From: a virus
Lineage: Duplodnaviria; Caudoviricetes
Length of the DNA stretch: 64,000 nt
Virus record (IMG/VR): IMGVR_UViG_2767802109_000003
Span: 15,691 to 79,690 of that record
Reading direction: 5' to 3' (one strand)
A program made the position numbers and the translations under genes. The notes under the pieces were generated by a model. That model was not told the DNA's origin, ran no database searches, and saw only the letters and a program-made list of their open reading frames with translations. This document shows positions 53,455 through 62,501 of the stretch, one piece after another. Each line of letters begins with the position of its first letter. The first letter of the stretch is position 1.

Positions 53455-53840
53455 GACCGCTCCCTCAGCTCGACATCCAGTTCCATGCGCAGGCGCCGGA
53501 GACGCTCCCATGGCCAGCAGAGGCTGGACACCTTCTTGACGGCGGCTTCCACGAGCGGGTCGGTGGTCTGGTATCCGGCGGTGAGGAGCCGCAGCCAGTC
53601 CCGGTCCAACCAAACGGGGCCGCCGTGGCAGCAGCCCAGCTTGGCGGGCTGGTCACGGCTGGCCGGGCAGCCGACTTCGACGAGCGGGTACGAGTAGCGG
53701 CCGACGACGAGGTCGCATCTGGCGTGCCCGTCGATGCCTGCGGCGATGGCTTCCAGGGCGGGTTCGGGGCGGTGGCCGTACTCGCCAGCGATGATGGTCG
53801 GGTCGTGGGACAGACAGAGGACGTGGTAGCTGCTGCTCAC
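53451..53840 (-). CDS. Hypothetical phage protein
   Basis: GAGGAG RBS; YHVLCLSHDP..CDL..EVGCP. Confidence 0.7.
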   Translation of the reverse strand: MSSSYHVLCLSHDPTIIAGEYGHRPEPALEAIAAGIDGHARCDLVVGRYSYPLVEVGCPASRDQPAKLGCCHGGPVWLDRDWLRLLTAGYQTTDPLVEAAVKKVSSLCWPWERLRRLRMELDVELRERS

Positions 53841-53844
53841 CGGT

Positions 53845-54051
53845 CTACTCCTCGGGGCTGCGTTCGGTGCTACTGCTCGGTGACCAGCCTGCGAAGCCGG
53901 CTTGTCGGTCGGCGGGGCTGCCCGCGACGGCAGTGTCGTACAGCCGGATGGCGGTCTCTTCGGCGCGGGCGAGCGGGACTCCGTCGGCGCCGTTGTATTC
54001 GACGGTGATCTCGCGAATGCCATCGGACAACTTGACCGTGGCGTCAGCCAC
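53845..54051 (-). CDS. Small hypothetical protein
   Basis: GAGGAAGG RBS. Confidence 0.65.
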   Translation of the reverse strand: MADATVKLSDGIREITVEYNGADGVPLARAEETAIRLYDTAVAGSPADRQAGFAGWSPSSSTERSPEE

Positions 54052-54232
54052 GACGGCCTTCCTCGCTGCTGAGGAGTCGGATTCCGGTATAGGTGGCGAC
54101 CGCGAGGAAGGCGGCGATCACCACTGCGACCGCTAGTTCGGCTAGTTGCCCGGCCAGCACAGCTAGCGTCACGAACATGGCAGGGACCAGCGACAGGACA
54201 GCCCACCCGGCGACCTTGCGGCGGCTAATCAC
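54044..54232 (-). CDS. Small two-TM membrane protein
   Basis: Two hydrophobic helices; GGAGG RBS. Confidence 0.6.
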   Translation of the reverse strand: MISRRKVAGWAVLSLVPAMFVTLAVLAGQLAELAVAVVIAAFLAVATYTGIRLLSSEEGRRG

Positions 54233-54593
54233 GGACGACCTCCACGTCGGTCTCGTCTGCGGGGTCGAGTCCGTAGGCTTCGGCGAGGGCGAGCACGGTG
54301 TCGCAGTTACCGCGCCCTTCGGGGACTCCGTCCCAGTCGTGACAGGTCTCGCAGCCGAAGCCGGCAGTGTGCCGCCCGTACTGGGGGTTGATCACGCTGG
54401 TGGTGTACGGATGCGAGGCGAGGATCTTCCGGGCGGCCCTGCTCCAACGGGCATCGGCAGCGGGAGCGGAGGCGATCTGCTGCTCGATCCACTCGTGCAG
54501 GCCCGGTGTGGCATCCAACTCCGCGATCGTGACCGGGGCCTTCGGGCCACGTGCGATGTCCGCCAGGCGCATCTTCGGGCCACGGCCGGTCAC
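54225..54593 (-). CDS. Hypothetical phage protein (DUF6221-like)
   Basis: RKILASH..CETC..CDTVLALAEAY. Confidence 0.6.
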   Translation of the reverse strand: MTGRGPKMRLADIARGPKAPVTIAELDATPGLHEWIEQQIASAPAADARWSRAARKILASHPYTTSVINPQYGRHTAGFGCETCHDWDGVPEGRGNCDTVLALAEAYGLDPADETDVEVVRD

Positions 54594-54745
54594 CCGGCAC
54601 CGCCCACGCTCGCAGCCAAGGTCACCTTGACGAGTTCGAATGCCTGCGCCTCGGTGAACCCTGCCGCGAGGTACGCCTCGTACAGCTCGTGCAGCTGCAC
54701 GGCAACAGCGGCAAGCTGCGTGATCGGATCCTGGGGCTCAGGCAT
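54590..54745 (-). CDS. Small hypothetical protein
   Basis: AAGGAGG RBS; QLHELYEAYLAAGFTEAQAFELV. Confidence 0.7.
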   Translation of the reverse strand: MPEPQDPITQLAAVAVQLHELYEAYLAAGFTEAQAFELVKVTLAASVGGAG

Positions 54746-55520
54746 CGCCGACCTCCTTGCCGTCGAGGGGCCCCGGTTGTATGTCCAGCGCGATGCGCGC
54801 CCTGCCGACGACGGGCCCCTGCATGCGCGTCTCCGGGCACTGGTGAGGGAGTTCCGGGCTGGCCGTAGACCACATGCCGCAGCCCTCGCAGAACCCCCAG
54901 CCCTCAGCGGTGATCTCGTAGTAGCTGTACGGAGTCCCGTCAGGGTGAGTGGGTCGCTCCCACTGCTCTCTCGGCCGCTCTGGGTCATCGAGAGCGGCAT
55001 CGATGAGGTCGGCGACCGGGCCCCAGGTGCGTGTGATGGAGCGGATCCGCCCCACCTCGGCTCGCACCCGCACAACGGTCGCCTCGGCCTGCTCCGCGCG
55101 TCGGTCGGCGGCATGGCGGGCCTCACCAACGCTCTTCAGCTCCCGTTCGCGTCGCTCGGCGATGGTCTGCCAGTCGACGGTCGCGGCCTGTTCACCCGTC
55201 GACGGCGCGGGGATGGCCGCCCGGATGCGGGCGAGGGACTCGTTGCCGATGCCGGGTATGGCCTGCAGTTGCTCGTCCGTCATCCGTCGCACGTCGGCCA
55301 GCGAGTGGCCGTGGGCGGCGATGGCGTAGGCGATCATGCGGGCGACACGGTTACCGCCGAGGGTCTGGCTGATCGCGTACACCGAGTCCCGGCCGTGCAG
55401 AAGGTCGTCGGCCTCGCCCGGCGCCGGGCAATCGACGCGGGAGCAGAGCACGTGCCCGCCCTCGCCGAGGAAGAGACTGGCGCCGCCACACGCCGGGCAG
55501 CGGCCCTGAACGTCAGTCAT
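54738..55520 (-). CDS. Mosaic protein: zinc ribbon, helix-hairpin-helix, coiled coil, zinc ribbon
   Basis: CPACGG..CSRVDC; LQAIPGIGNESLARI; CEGC..HQC. Confidence 0.7.
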   Translation of the reverse strand: MTDVQGRCPACGGASLFLGEGGHVLCSRVDCPAPGEADDLLHGRDSVYAISQTLGGNRVARMIAYAIAAHGHSLADVRRMTDEQLQAIPGIGNESLARIRAAIPAPSTGEQAATVDWQTIAERRERELKSVGEARHAADRRAEQAEATVVRVRAEVGRIRSITRTWGPVADLIDAALDDPERPREQWERPTHPDGTPYSYYEITAEGWGFCEGCGMWSTASPELPHQCPETRMQGPVVGRARIALDIQPGPLDGKEVGDA

Positions 55521-55806
55521 TGCTGGTTGCCCCGTCCATGCGGTGTGCTTCCAGCCCTTGTCGCAGAGCATCGAGGGTCTCGTCGGCGACGCTGAAGCAG
55601 CAGCCGCACGGCTTGGCCATCCAGTAGACGTCGAACGTGTACGGGCGGTCCCAACTCTCACCACTCACGACGTCTCTGCTGCAGGCAGGGCACTTGCCGA
55701 TCGGACTTCCGATCGGGGCGAGGCCGTCGTCGACCTGATCGGCGGCGAGGGCGAGGGGAAGTAGCTCGGCGGCGGTGATGGGGCGGGGCTCAGGGCTGTC
55801 GCTCAC
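55513..55806 (-). CDS. Small zinc-ribbon protein
   Basis: CPAC..PCGC; GGAG RBS. Confidence 0.6.
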   Translation of the reverse strand: MSDSPEPRPITAAELLPLALAADQVDDGLAPIGSPIGKCPACSRDVVSGESWDRPYTFDVYWMAKPCGCCFSVADETLDALRQGLEAHRMDGATSND

Positions 55807-55915
55807 GGCGGTCTCCGGTGCGGGTGGTGCGGGTTGGGGTGGCGGGCCGGGACCCGCACGGCCGGGCCCGCCACAGCAGGGGAGGCAAGGACCGGTGTGA
55901 CTCCCCTAACCGCAC

Positions 55916-56010
55916 GATACCTGAATACCTGCGAATCTTAGGCTGATAGTAGGTGTTGGCCTATGATTCGAAGGAGAGTACGGGATTCCACGGGATATCC
56001 CGGGAACCGG
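55916..56010 (+). promoter_or_regulatory. Lower-GC lysis promoter region with repeats
   Basis: ATACCTG x2, TATGATTCGAAGGA, CGGGA x3 at 10-bp phase. Confidence 0.5.
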
Positions 56011-56017
56011 AGGACCG

Positions 56018-56866
56018 ATGAAGCTCGTCACCCGCGCACAACTCGGCTGGCCCGCCTCCGCCGCACCCAGCCAGACCAGCACCAAGGGCGTCAAAGTCCA
56101 CTACGAGGGCACGCCGGTCAGCACCAAGCTGCTCACCGACCACAACGCCTGCATCGCCGAGTGGAAGAACATCCGCAAGAGCCACCTGGCGAACAAGACC
56201 GAGAACTACAGCGACGTCGCCTACAACTACGCGGCTTGCCCGCACGGCTACCTCCTGGAGGGGCGCGGCCTCCGCAAGCGGACCGGCGCCAACGGCAACC
56301 AGACCCTCAACCAGGCGCACTACGCCATCGTCGGCCTCGTCGGCTCCGAAGGTCTGACCCAGCCGACCGACGCCATGCTCTCCGCGATCCGCGACGGCAT
56401 CGACCTGCTCCGCAAGAACGGCGCCGGCAGCGAGATCAAGGGCCACCGCGACGGCTACGCCACCGCCTGCCCCGGCGGCCCCCTCTACGCCTGGGTCCAG
56501 AAGGGCGCACCCCGACCCGGTACCAACACCACGACCCCGCCCAAGGAGGACGACGTGTCCCTCACCAGTGCTCAGGCCAAGCAGCTCTCCGACATCGCCG
56601 CCAAGGTCAACACGATCGTCGACAGCCGCCGCATCGCCCCCTGGCAGTACAAGGGCACCAACGAAGCCCAGGACACCTACGCCTACCTGCGCGGCACCAA
56701 GAACCAGGTCGACGCCCTCCTCAAGAAGGTCGACGGCCTCAAGCCCGTCGACCTCACCGACGAGCAGCTGGCCAAGCTCGCCGAGAAAGTCGCCGCCGCC
56801 CCCGGCCTCGCCGACGCCATCGCCGAGAAGGTCGCCCAGAAGGTCGCAGACAGGCTCGCCGAGTGA
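56018..56866 (+). CDS. Endolysin, N-acetylmuramoyl-L-alanine amidase (PGRP-like)
   Basis: KVHY, DVAYNY..LLEGRG, IKGHRD..TACPG; GGAGG RBS. Confidence 0.9.
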   Translation: MKLVTRAQLGWPASAAPSQTSTKGVKVHYEGTPVSTKLLTDHNACIAEWKNIRKSHLANKTENYSDVAYNYAACPHGYLLEGRGLRKRTGANGNQTLNQAHYAIVGLVGSEGLTQPTDAMLSAIRDGIDLLRKNGAGSEIKGHRDGYATACPGGPLYAWVQKGAPRPGTNTTTPPKEDDVSLTSAQAKQLSDIAAKVNTIVDSRRIAPWQYKGTNEAQDTYAYLRGTKNQVDALLKKVDGLKPVDLTDEQLAKLAEKVAAAPGLADAIAEKVAQKVADRLAE

Positions 56867-57411
56867 CCGCCATCGACTACGACCTGGAGTTCCTGGAGGA
56901 CGGCCGCCACATCGAGCTGATCTCCATCGGCATGGTCTGCGACGACGGCCGCGAGTACTACGCCGTCAACCGCGACATGCCCGTCCGGAAGATCCGCAAG
57001 GACCAGTGGTTGATAGAGAACGTCGTGCCGAGCCTGCCGAAGGGGGCGGGCGACAGGCGCAACCACGTGCCGAAGTCCTGGCTGTTCGACTACGCCGACC
57101 CGGTCGTGAAGCGGCGCGAACGGATCGCCGACGACGTCATGGACTTCATCCGCGCAGCCGGACCCGACGTCGAACTGTGGGCGAACTACGGCGCCTACGA
57201 CCACGTCTGCCTTGCTCAGCTCTGGGGTCGCATGATCGACCTCCCCAAGGGCGTACCGATGTTCACCCACGACATCCAGCAGGAAGCCCGCCGCCAGGGC
57301 CTCACCTGGGACGACCTGCCTATCCAGGAGAGCGGCGAACACAACGCCCTCGCCGACGCCCGCCACAACCAGACCGTGCGGCGCTGGCTCGCCAACCAGG
57401 GGGTGTCGTGA
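56863..57411 (+). CDS. DEDDh 3'-5' exoribonuclease (Rv2179c/DUF5051-like)
   Basis: DYDLEF..ISIG..YGAYDHV..HNALADARH. Confidence 0.88.
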   Translation: MTAIDYDLEFLEDGRHIELISIGMVCDDGREYYAVNRDMPVRKIRKDQWLIENVVPSLPKGAGDRRNHVPKSWLFDYADPVVKRRERIADDVMDFIRAAGPDVELWANYGAYDHVCLAQLWGRMIDLPKGVPMFTHDIQQEARRQGLTWDDLPIQESGEHNALADARHNQTVRRWLANQGVS

Positions 57412-57761
57412 TCCTCAACCTCACCCCGCACCCGATCCGGCTCTACGCCGACGATCGGCCCGACGGACTCGACGACCTCGACCTCGGCCTGCGCCGCATC
57501 ATCGACCCACAGCCCACCCCCGCCCGGCTCGGCATGGCGCCCCTCAACACCGAGTACCGCGAAGGCATCCCGGTCGAACTCGTCGAGTACACCCACGCCC
57601 AAGACCTACCCGGACGCGAGGACGACGTCAGCTACATCGTGTCCCTCCCCGTCGCCCTCGGCCTCGCAGCGAAACGCGACGACCTACTCGTCCCCTACCG
57701 CGAAGTCCGCAACGCGAGCGGCACCGTCATCGGCTGCCGCCAACTCGCCCAACCCGTCTGA
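57408..57761 (+). CDS. Phage protein of the NLTPH family
   Basis: ILNLTPHPI..YIVS..RDDLLVP..VR..GC. Confidence 0.7.
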   Translation: MILNLTPHPIRLYADDRPDGLDDLDLGLRRIIDPQPTPARLGMAPLNTEYREGIPVELVEYTHAQDLPGREDDVSYIVSLPVALGLAAKRDDLLVPYREVRNASGTVIGCRQLAQPV

Positions 57762-57773
57762 AAGGCCACAACC

Positions 57774-58145
57774 ATGAAGATCTTCGGCAGAGAACCCGTC
57801 TACCTCCTCGCCGCGATCGCCATCGCCCTCAAGCTCGCCTCCGCCTACGGCCTCAACGTCACCGCCGACCAGCAGACCCTCATCAACACCGCCCTCTCCT
57901 GCATCGTCGCCGTCGCCTCCGCCATCGTCCTCCGCAACGGAGCCCTCGGCGCCGCCATCCTCCAACTCGCCTCCGCCGCCCTCGCCCTCTTCGTCGGCTT
58001 CGGCCTCGACCTGTCCGCCGAACAGCAGGCCGGATGGATGTCCCTCGTCGCCGCCGTCCTCGCCCTCTTCGAGCACCGCGAAGTCGAAGCCCCCGTGGCA
58101 GCCGTCCCCCTCGAACGATCAAGTCCGGTGAAGACCGCAGCCTGA
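57774..58145 (+). CDS. Holin (four TM)
   Basis: KIFGREP start; four hydrophobic helices; in lysis cassette. Confidence 0.8.
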   Translation: MKIFGREPVYLLAAIAIALKLASAYGLNVTADQQTLINTALSCIVAVASAIVLRNGALGAAILQLASAALALFVGFGLDLSAEQQAGWMSLVAAVLALFEHREVEAPVAAVPLERSSPVKTAA

Positions 58146-58180
58146 CCGCACCGTGACGACCGCACCAGGGGAGGAGCAAG

Positions 58181-58501
58181 ATGAGCGAACTGTTCGGCAT
58201 TAACGTCGCCGACGGGGGAGCAGTCGGCCTGCTCATCTTGGTCTTCCTGTCCGTAGTAACAGGCCGCCTCATCCCCCGCAGAACCCACGAAGACGCCCTC
58301 GCAGACCGCGACAAGTGGCGCCAGGCGTTCCTCGAATCCGAAGCCGCTCGCAAGGTCGAGCACGAGCAGACCGGTGAGCTCCTCGAGATGGCCAAGCTCG
58401 GCGGACACCTCCTCACCGCCCTCCCGCACCCCGGGCAACAGGACGACGAGGAGGTGAACGCCCGTGATCGCATGGATCAAGCGCCTCGTACACGGCTCTG
58501 A
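58181..58501 (+). CDS. Single-TM lysis-cassette protein
   Basis: TM helix, GRLIPRRTH, coiled coil; GAGGAG RBS. Confidence 0.7.
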   Translation: MSELFGINVADGGAVGLLILVFLSVVTGRLIPRRTHEDALADRDKWRQAFLESEAARKVEHEQTGELLEMAKLGGHLLTALPHPGQQDDEEVNARDRMDQAPRTRL

Positions 58502-58676
58502 CCACCCCGAACAGCGACCCTCCGACCGAGCACTGGAACGGGCCCGCGAAGCCCGGCAAGCCGCCGAAGCCCGCCAGCCCGCCGTCGAAGCCGTCGTCGC
58601 CCGACTTCGATCCGCTCGCGAAGAGAACCACTTCCGCGAGCGGATCGAAGCCGCCTTCAGAGGAGCACCACGATGA
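58464..58676 (+). CDS. Small lysis-cassette protein
   Basis: GAGGAGG RBS; REENHFRERI motif. Confidence 0.65.
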   Translation: MIAWIKRLVHGSDHPEQRPSDRALERAREARQAAEARQPAVEAVVARLRSAREENHFRERIEAAFRGAPR

Positions 58677-59011
58677 ACAACTGGGGCATCGACCAGTGGG
58701 TGAACGTGGCCGCGTCGATGCTGGCCTTCACCGCCTGCCTCGGCTTCGCAGCCACCTACCACCTCCGGGCCACCTGGTGGCGCTCCGAAGTCGGCCGCAA
58801 CCTCATGTTCTTCGCCGCCGCCGTCGGCCTGCTCTGCCTGTACACAGTCCTCGTCATGGTCTGGCCCGACGGCTGCTTCGTCTTCGCCGCCCGCACCCTG
58901 CGCACCCTGCTGCTCCTGGCCGTCGCCGCCCTCATGCTGCAACGCACCCGCATGCTGATCAAAGCCCAACGCGAACACCAGGCCTCACACAGCACCGAGG
59001 ACCGGTCGTGA
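58673..59011 (+). CDS. Putative three-TM holin-like protein
   Basis: Three TM helices; WWRSEVGRNLM; ATGA coupling. Confidence 0.7.
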   Translation: MNNWGIDQWVNVAASMLAFTACLGFAATYHLRATWWRSEVGRNLMFFAAAVGLLCLYTVLVMVWPDGCFVFAARTLRTLLLLAVAALMLQRTRMLIKAQREHQASHSTEDRS

Positions 59012-59115
59012 CCGACGCCGCCGAGCCCACGCCGTTCTGGCTCTCACCCCACCCCTTCCAGGAGCCGGTCTACACAGACCCGCCGGACGGGGACCTCACC
59101 GAGGAGCCGGCGTGA
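59008..59115 (+). CDS. Tiny acidic protein
   Basis: GAGGA RBS, GTGA coupling; PFWLSP. Confidence 0.45.
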   Translation: MTDAAEPTPFWLSPHPFQEPVYTDPPDGDLTEEPA

Positions 59116-59118
59116 CAA

Positions 59119-59154
59119 CGCCCCCGCCGCCTGCACACGCAGGCCGCGGGGGCG
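59119..59154. terminator. Terminator between lysis cassette and convergent lipoprotein gene
   Basis: CGCCCCCGC..GCCTGC-ACAC-GCAGGC..GCGGGGGCG. Confidence 0.7.
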
Positions 59155-59169
59155 CACCCCTGCGCAAGG

Positions 59170-59817
59170 TCAGCTGACGATCTCGCCTTCGAACTCAGGG
59201 AACTCAAGGTCGAAGTCCTCACTGGACCGCTGCACCGTCACCACGATCTTCTTGCCGTACTTCGTCTCGAGGGCGTTGTCGTCAGTCTTCGTCGCCGTCA
59301 CACCGGTGGCGAGGCGCCCTTCCAGCGGCTGCGAGTCTGTCGCGAAGCCCGTGGTGGAAGCCTCACCGCCGTTCGTCGCCCCCTCGACAATGACCGACAG
59401 GTCGTCCAGCTTCACCGCGGACTCGCCGCCGTTGGTGAGCTTCAGCTTCACCCGGAACTCCGTGTACGCCGGATCGTCCTCCGCATAGTCCTCGTCAGTG
59501 AACTGCGTCCACTTCTTCGCCTCCACGACGGAGACCTTCAGCCCATCGGGCCACGTGTACTCCTCGCCGAACTTCAGACCGGTCAACTGGCCTTCGGTCC
59601 CGTCACCGCCAGTGCCGGCGCCCTCGTCCGAGCAGTACTTCATCCAGTCGGCCTGGCTCACGTCGTCGGCCATACAGTCGACCTTCGGCTCGGCAGGCTC
59701 CTTCGACGAGGCGGCCGGCTTCGGCTTCGACGCCGAGTCCCCGCTGTCATCGCCGCCGCATGCGGTGAGAGCCGCCAGGAGCAGAGCGGCCGTGGCCGCA
59801 GTCGCGCGCACGCGCAT
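59170..59817 (-). CDS. Lipoprotein (DUF4352-like Ig fold)
   Basis: Lipobox LTAC; LKFGE..LKVSV..VKLKLTNGG. Confidence 0.85.
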   Translation of the reverse strand: MRVRATAATAALLLAALTACGGDDSGDSASKPKPAASSKEPAEPKVDCMADDVSQADWMKYCSDEGAGTGGDGTEGQLTGLKFGEEYTWPDGLKVSVVEAKKWTQFTDEDYAEDDPAYTEFRVKLKLTNGGESAVKLDDLSVIVEGATNGGEASTTGFATDSQPLEGRLATGVTATKTDDNALETKYGKKIVVTVQRSSEDFDLEFPEFEGEIVS

Positions 59818-59947
59818 GATTCCCCCCAAGGTTGAACGCTGGAACACGTTAGACCACATGTGAGGAAACTGTGCGAGCGGGTTACCGGTCCGTGACAGTG
59901 AAGGGCTACGCCTCTCCGTCAGGACAGAGAGGCGGATCGGTCTGCAG

Positions 59948-60127
59948 CTACCGGTTCTCGCGGATCGCCGCTGCCAGATCCTTGATTGCGGCGCCGACTG
60001 TGAGTAGCGCATGCACCTGCGCCCTCGCCAGCATGGCCACCTGGTCTTCGGATCCGGCATCGCCGGCGTAGGTGTCGTCAAGGTTGTTGAGTGCCCGAGC
60101 CTGTAGCTGGTCGTACCGTCGCTCCAT
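59948..60127 (-). CDS. Small hypothetical protein
   Basis: AAGGGG RBS; helical 59 aa. Confidence 0.5.
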   Translation of the reverse strand: MERRYDQLQARALNNLDDTYAGDAGSEDQVAMLARAQVHALLTVGAAIKDLAAAIRENR

Positions 60128-60209
60128 CGTGGCCGCCCCTTCGTTGCGTTCCGACGCCGCGAGTCTGCCGAAGTTGGGGCCGTCTGTCAGTAGGGCCTCG
60201 GGGGAGTGG

Positions 60210-60236
60210 TAGCGCATAACGTTCCCTTATGCGCTA
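60210..60236. other. dif/lox-like palindromic site or recombinase operator
   Basis: TAGCGCATAA-CGTTCCC-TTATGCGCTA; overlaps -10 TAGAAT (60235-40). Confidence 0.6.
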
Positions 60237-60246
60237 GAATTTGAGG

Positions 60247-60651
60247 ATGAATCAGGCTCCCGAATCGACTCCGGGTGACGGCCTCACGCTGGAGCAACTC
60301 CGTGCACAGCTCCTTCAACTCACCTCGCTCGCGGCCACAGCTGAGCTGCCGAAGCCGAGCGTCATCAACGACGCCTTCCATCCGATGCCCGGCCCCGAGT
60401 GGCAGGTGAACCATCCGTGCGAGGTGGGGAAGTCGAACCACTTCCGCCGCTACGGCGTGCGGGTCGTGAACCACGACGAAGCGGCCAACATCGTCTACCT
60501 GCACACGCCAGGCCACATGCCGGACGATTACACCGCAGCAACCACGACAGAGGTGCGGCAGTTCGCCATGGCGTTGCTCGCGGCCTGCAACGAGTCCGAG
60601 GCGCGCAGCGCAGGGTTGGTCAGGCTTGACGAGCGCAGGCGGTCTGCGTGA
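60247..60651 (+). CDS. Hypothetical protein coupled to recombinase, probably leaderless
   Basis: TAGAAT 6 nt before ATG; GTGA overlap with recombinase. Confidence 0.65.
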   Translation: MNQAPESTPGDGLTLEQLRAQLLQLTSLAATAELPKPSVINDAFHPMPGPEWQVNHPCEVGKSNHFRRYGVRVVNHDEAANIVYLHTPGHMPDDYTAATTTEVRQFAMALLAACNESEARSAGLVRLDERRRSA

Positions 60652-61790
60652 CCGAGGTTCTGCCGCAGCATTCCGCCGGGCAGTCGATCGCGCTGCCCGG
60701 CTCGGACCTGTTCGAGGAAGTCCGCCGCAAGCTCGTCGACGACCTTGGCATGGTGCAGGTCGACCGCCGCGGACAGGAGCGCATCTACCGGCCGCGCGCC
60801 GAACTCCTCGCCGAAGCCGTCACCCCCGACACCTTCGTCATGGTCATGGACTGGCTGTCCTCGACCCGACGCGGCAGCCTCCAGACGAAGCGCAACTACG
60901 TCGACGACATCCGCCGCGTCTGGGGCGGCTACGCCCAGGAGCTTGGCCATGACCGCTTCTCCTTGGGCTGCTTCACCGCGGACCACATCCGAGCCTGGCG
61001 ACTACGCATGGAGGGCAGGGGGACGCCGCCGACGACGATCTCCCGCTACCTCAACGCGCTCTCCTCGCTCCACACCTACGCCGCCGAGAAGATCGACCTC
61101 CCCAAGAACCCCGTCACCCAAGACGACCGACCCAAGGTCGACAAGGGCAACACGTCCCGCAGTACCCCGGTCCTTGAAGTCGACGAAGTCCAGTCCGTCG
61201 TGAAGGCGGCGGAGAACGAGTTCGACGCCCTGGTCGTCCTCCTCCTCTACACCCTCGCCGGACGCGTCTCCGAGATGTGCGCCGCCGACATCACCGACCG
61301 GATCGAACGCGGACGCCGCTCCTACCTCGACGTCACGCGTAAGGAGCACAAGGAGCGCATCCTGCCGCTCCCCGTCACCGTCGCCGAGCTGCTGGACGCC
61401 CACACCGCCGGCCGCACCGAAGGCCCGCTCCTCCTCGACTCCGACGGGCGCCGCCTCGACCGTCACGACGTCGCCCGGCTCCTCACCCGCCTCGGGCGCA
61501 AGGCGCGCGTCCTCACCTGCCCCGCTGTCGGCACGGCGGGGCACGCCTTCGCCCGATGCAAGGTCTGCCGGAAGCTCACACCGCACGTTCTGCGGGCCAG
61601 CCGCATCACCCACATGCTCGATGACCACGTCGACCTCGCCGAAGTCCAAGCCTTCGCCGACCACGACAACCCCGCCACCACCGTCGGCTACTGGAAACGC
61701 CGCAACAAGGGCAAGCGCAACGCTGACCACGTCGATGCCGCCGAAGCGCTCTTCGGAGGCATCACCGACCGATTCCGCCGCGACGTCTGA
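60648..61790 (+). CDS. Tyrosine recombinase (integrase/XerCD-like)
   Basis: N-terminal SAM-like domain; AGRVSE (R), VTRKEHK (K), HVLR, DH..ATTVGY (Y). Confidence 0.93.
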   Translation: MTEVLPQHSAGQSIALPGSDLFEEVRRKLVDDLGMVQVDRRGQERIYRPRAELLAEAVTPDTFVMVMDWLSSTRRGSLQTKRNYVDDIRRVWGGYAQELGHDRFSLGCFTADHIRAWRLRMEGRGTPPTTISRYLNALSSLHTYAAEKIDLPKNPVTQDDRPKVDKGNTSRSTPVLEVDEVQSVVKAAENEFDALVVLLLYTLAGRVSEMCAADITDRIERGRRSYLDVTRKEHKERILPLPVTVAELLDAHTAGRTEGPLLLDSDGRRLDRHDVARLLTRLGRKARVLTCPAVGTAGHAFARCKVCRKLTPHVLRASRITHMLDDHVDLAEVQAFADHDNPATTVGYWKRRNKGKRNADHVDAAEALFGGITDRFRRDV

Positions 61791-61792
61791 CT

Positions 61793-62449
61793 ATGCGGGA
61801 GACGCAGATGACAGTTCATGAGGACATGGCCGAAGCGCTCTGGGAAGACATCCAAGAGAGCCCAGAGACGGTTGCCGCCATGTTCAGGCTGCGCAACCGG
61901 CATATTCGTGGCGAGATGGATGAAGGCGGCGTGTACGGGACGGGCTATGCCGACGCTCTCGGTAGCTCCGCACGGTTCCAGCCCAAGAAGTGGCCCCTGG
62001 CGCAGCACGCCGCCTTCATCAACATCCACGCCCTCATCGGGGCAGGCGACGTCGCCTTCACCTGTATCAGCACAGGCGGTACCCCGGGCGCGGACGCCGA
62101 CCGAGCCGGGAACGCCCGCAAGCTGGCGGACACGATGTCCCCGTTCCAGGCTGAACTCGACATGCACCAGAACGGTGCCGACTCCGACGGCGTGATTCGG
62201 TGGGACGAGCCACTGAAGATCAGCCGCTCCACTGGGGCGCACTTCTACCCTTCAGTCTGCAGGAAGCAGGAGTACTCCCTCGTCACGTATCCGACCGTGC
62301 GCAAGGCCGGTTCGGCACCCCTTGAGGTGGGCGACTCTTGGCCTTCACGTACCCTGATGCATCTCCACCAGTACGGCGCAGTTGCCCGCTGGCCTTACGG
62401 ATCGAAGCTGATCTGGCTCTTCATCAACTTCGCAAAGCCGTCGTTCTGA
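61793..62449 (+). CDS. Hypothetical protein
   Basis: 218-aa ORF directly after recombinase. Confidence 0.7.
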   Translation: MRETQMTVHEDMAEALWEDIQESPETVAAMFRLRNRHIRGEMDEGGVYGTGYADALGSSARFQPKKWPLAQHAAFINIHALIGAGDVAFTCISTGGTPGADADRAGNARKLADTMSPFQAELDMHQNGADSDGVIRWDEPLKISRSTGAHFYPSVCRKQEYSLVTYPTVRKAGSAPLEVGDSWPSRTLMHLHQYGAVARWPYGSKLIWLFINFAKPSF

Positions 62450-62501
62450 TGAGCACCCAAGCTGACAGGTGTACAGACGTCGTATCGGAGGACATCGGGC
62501 T

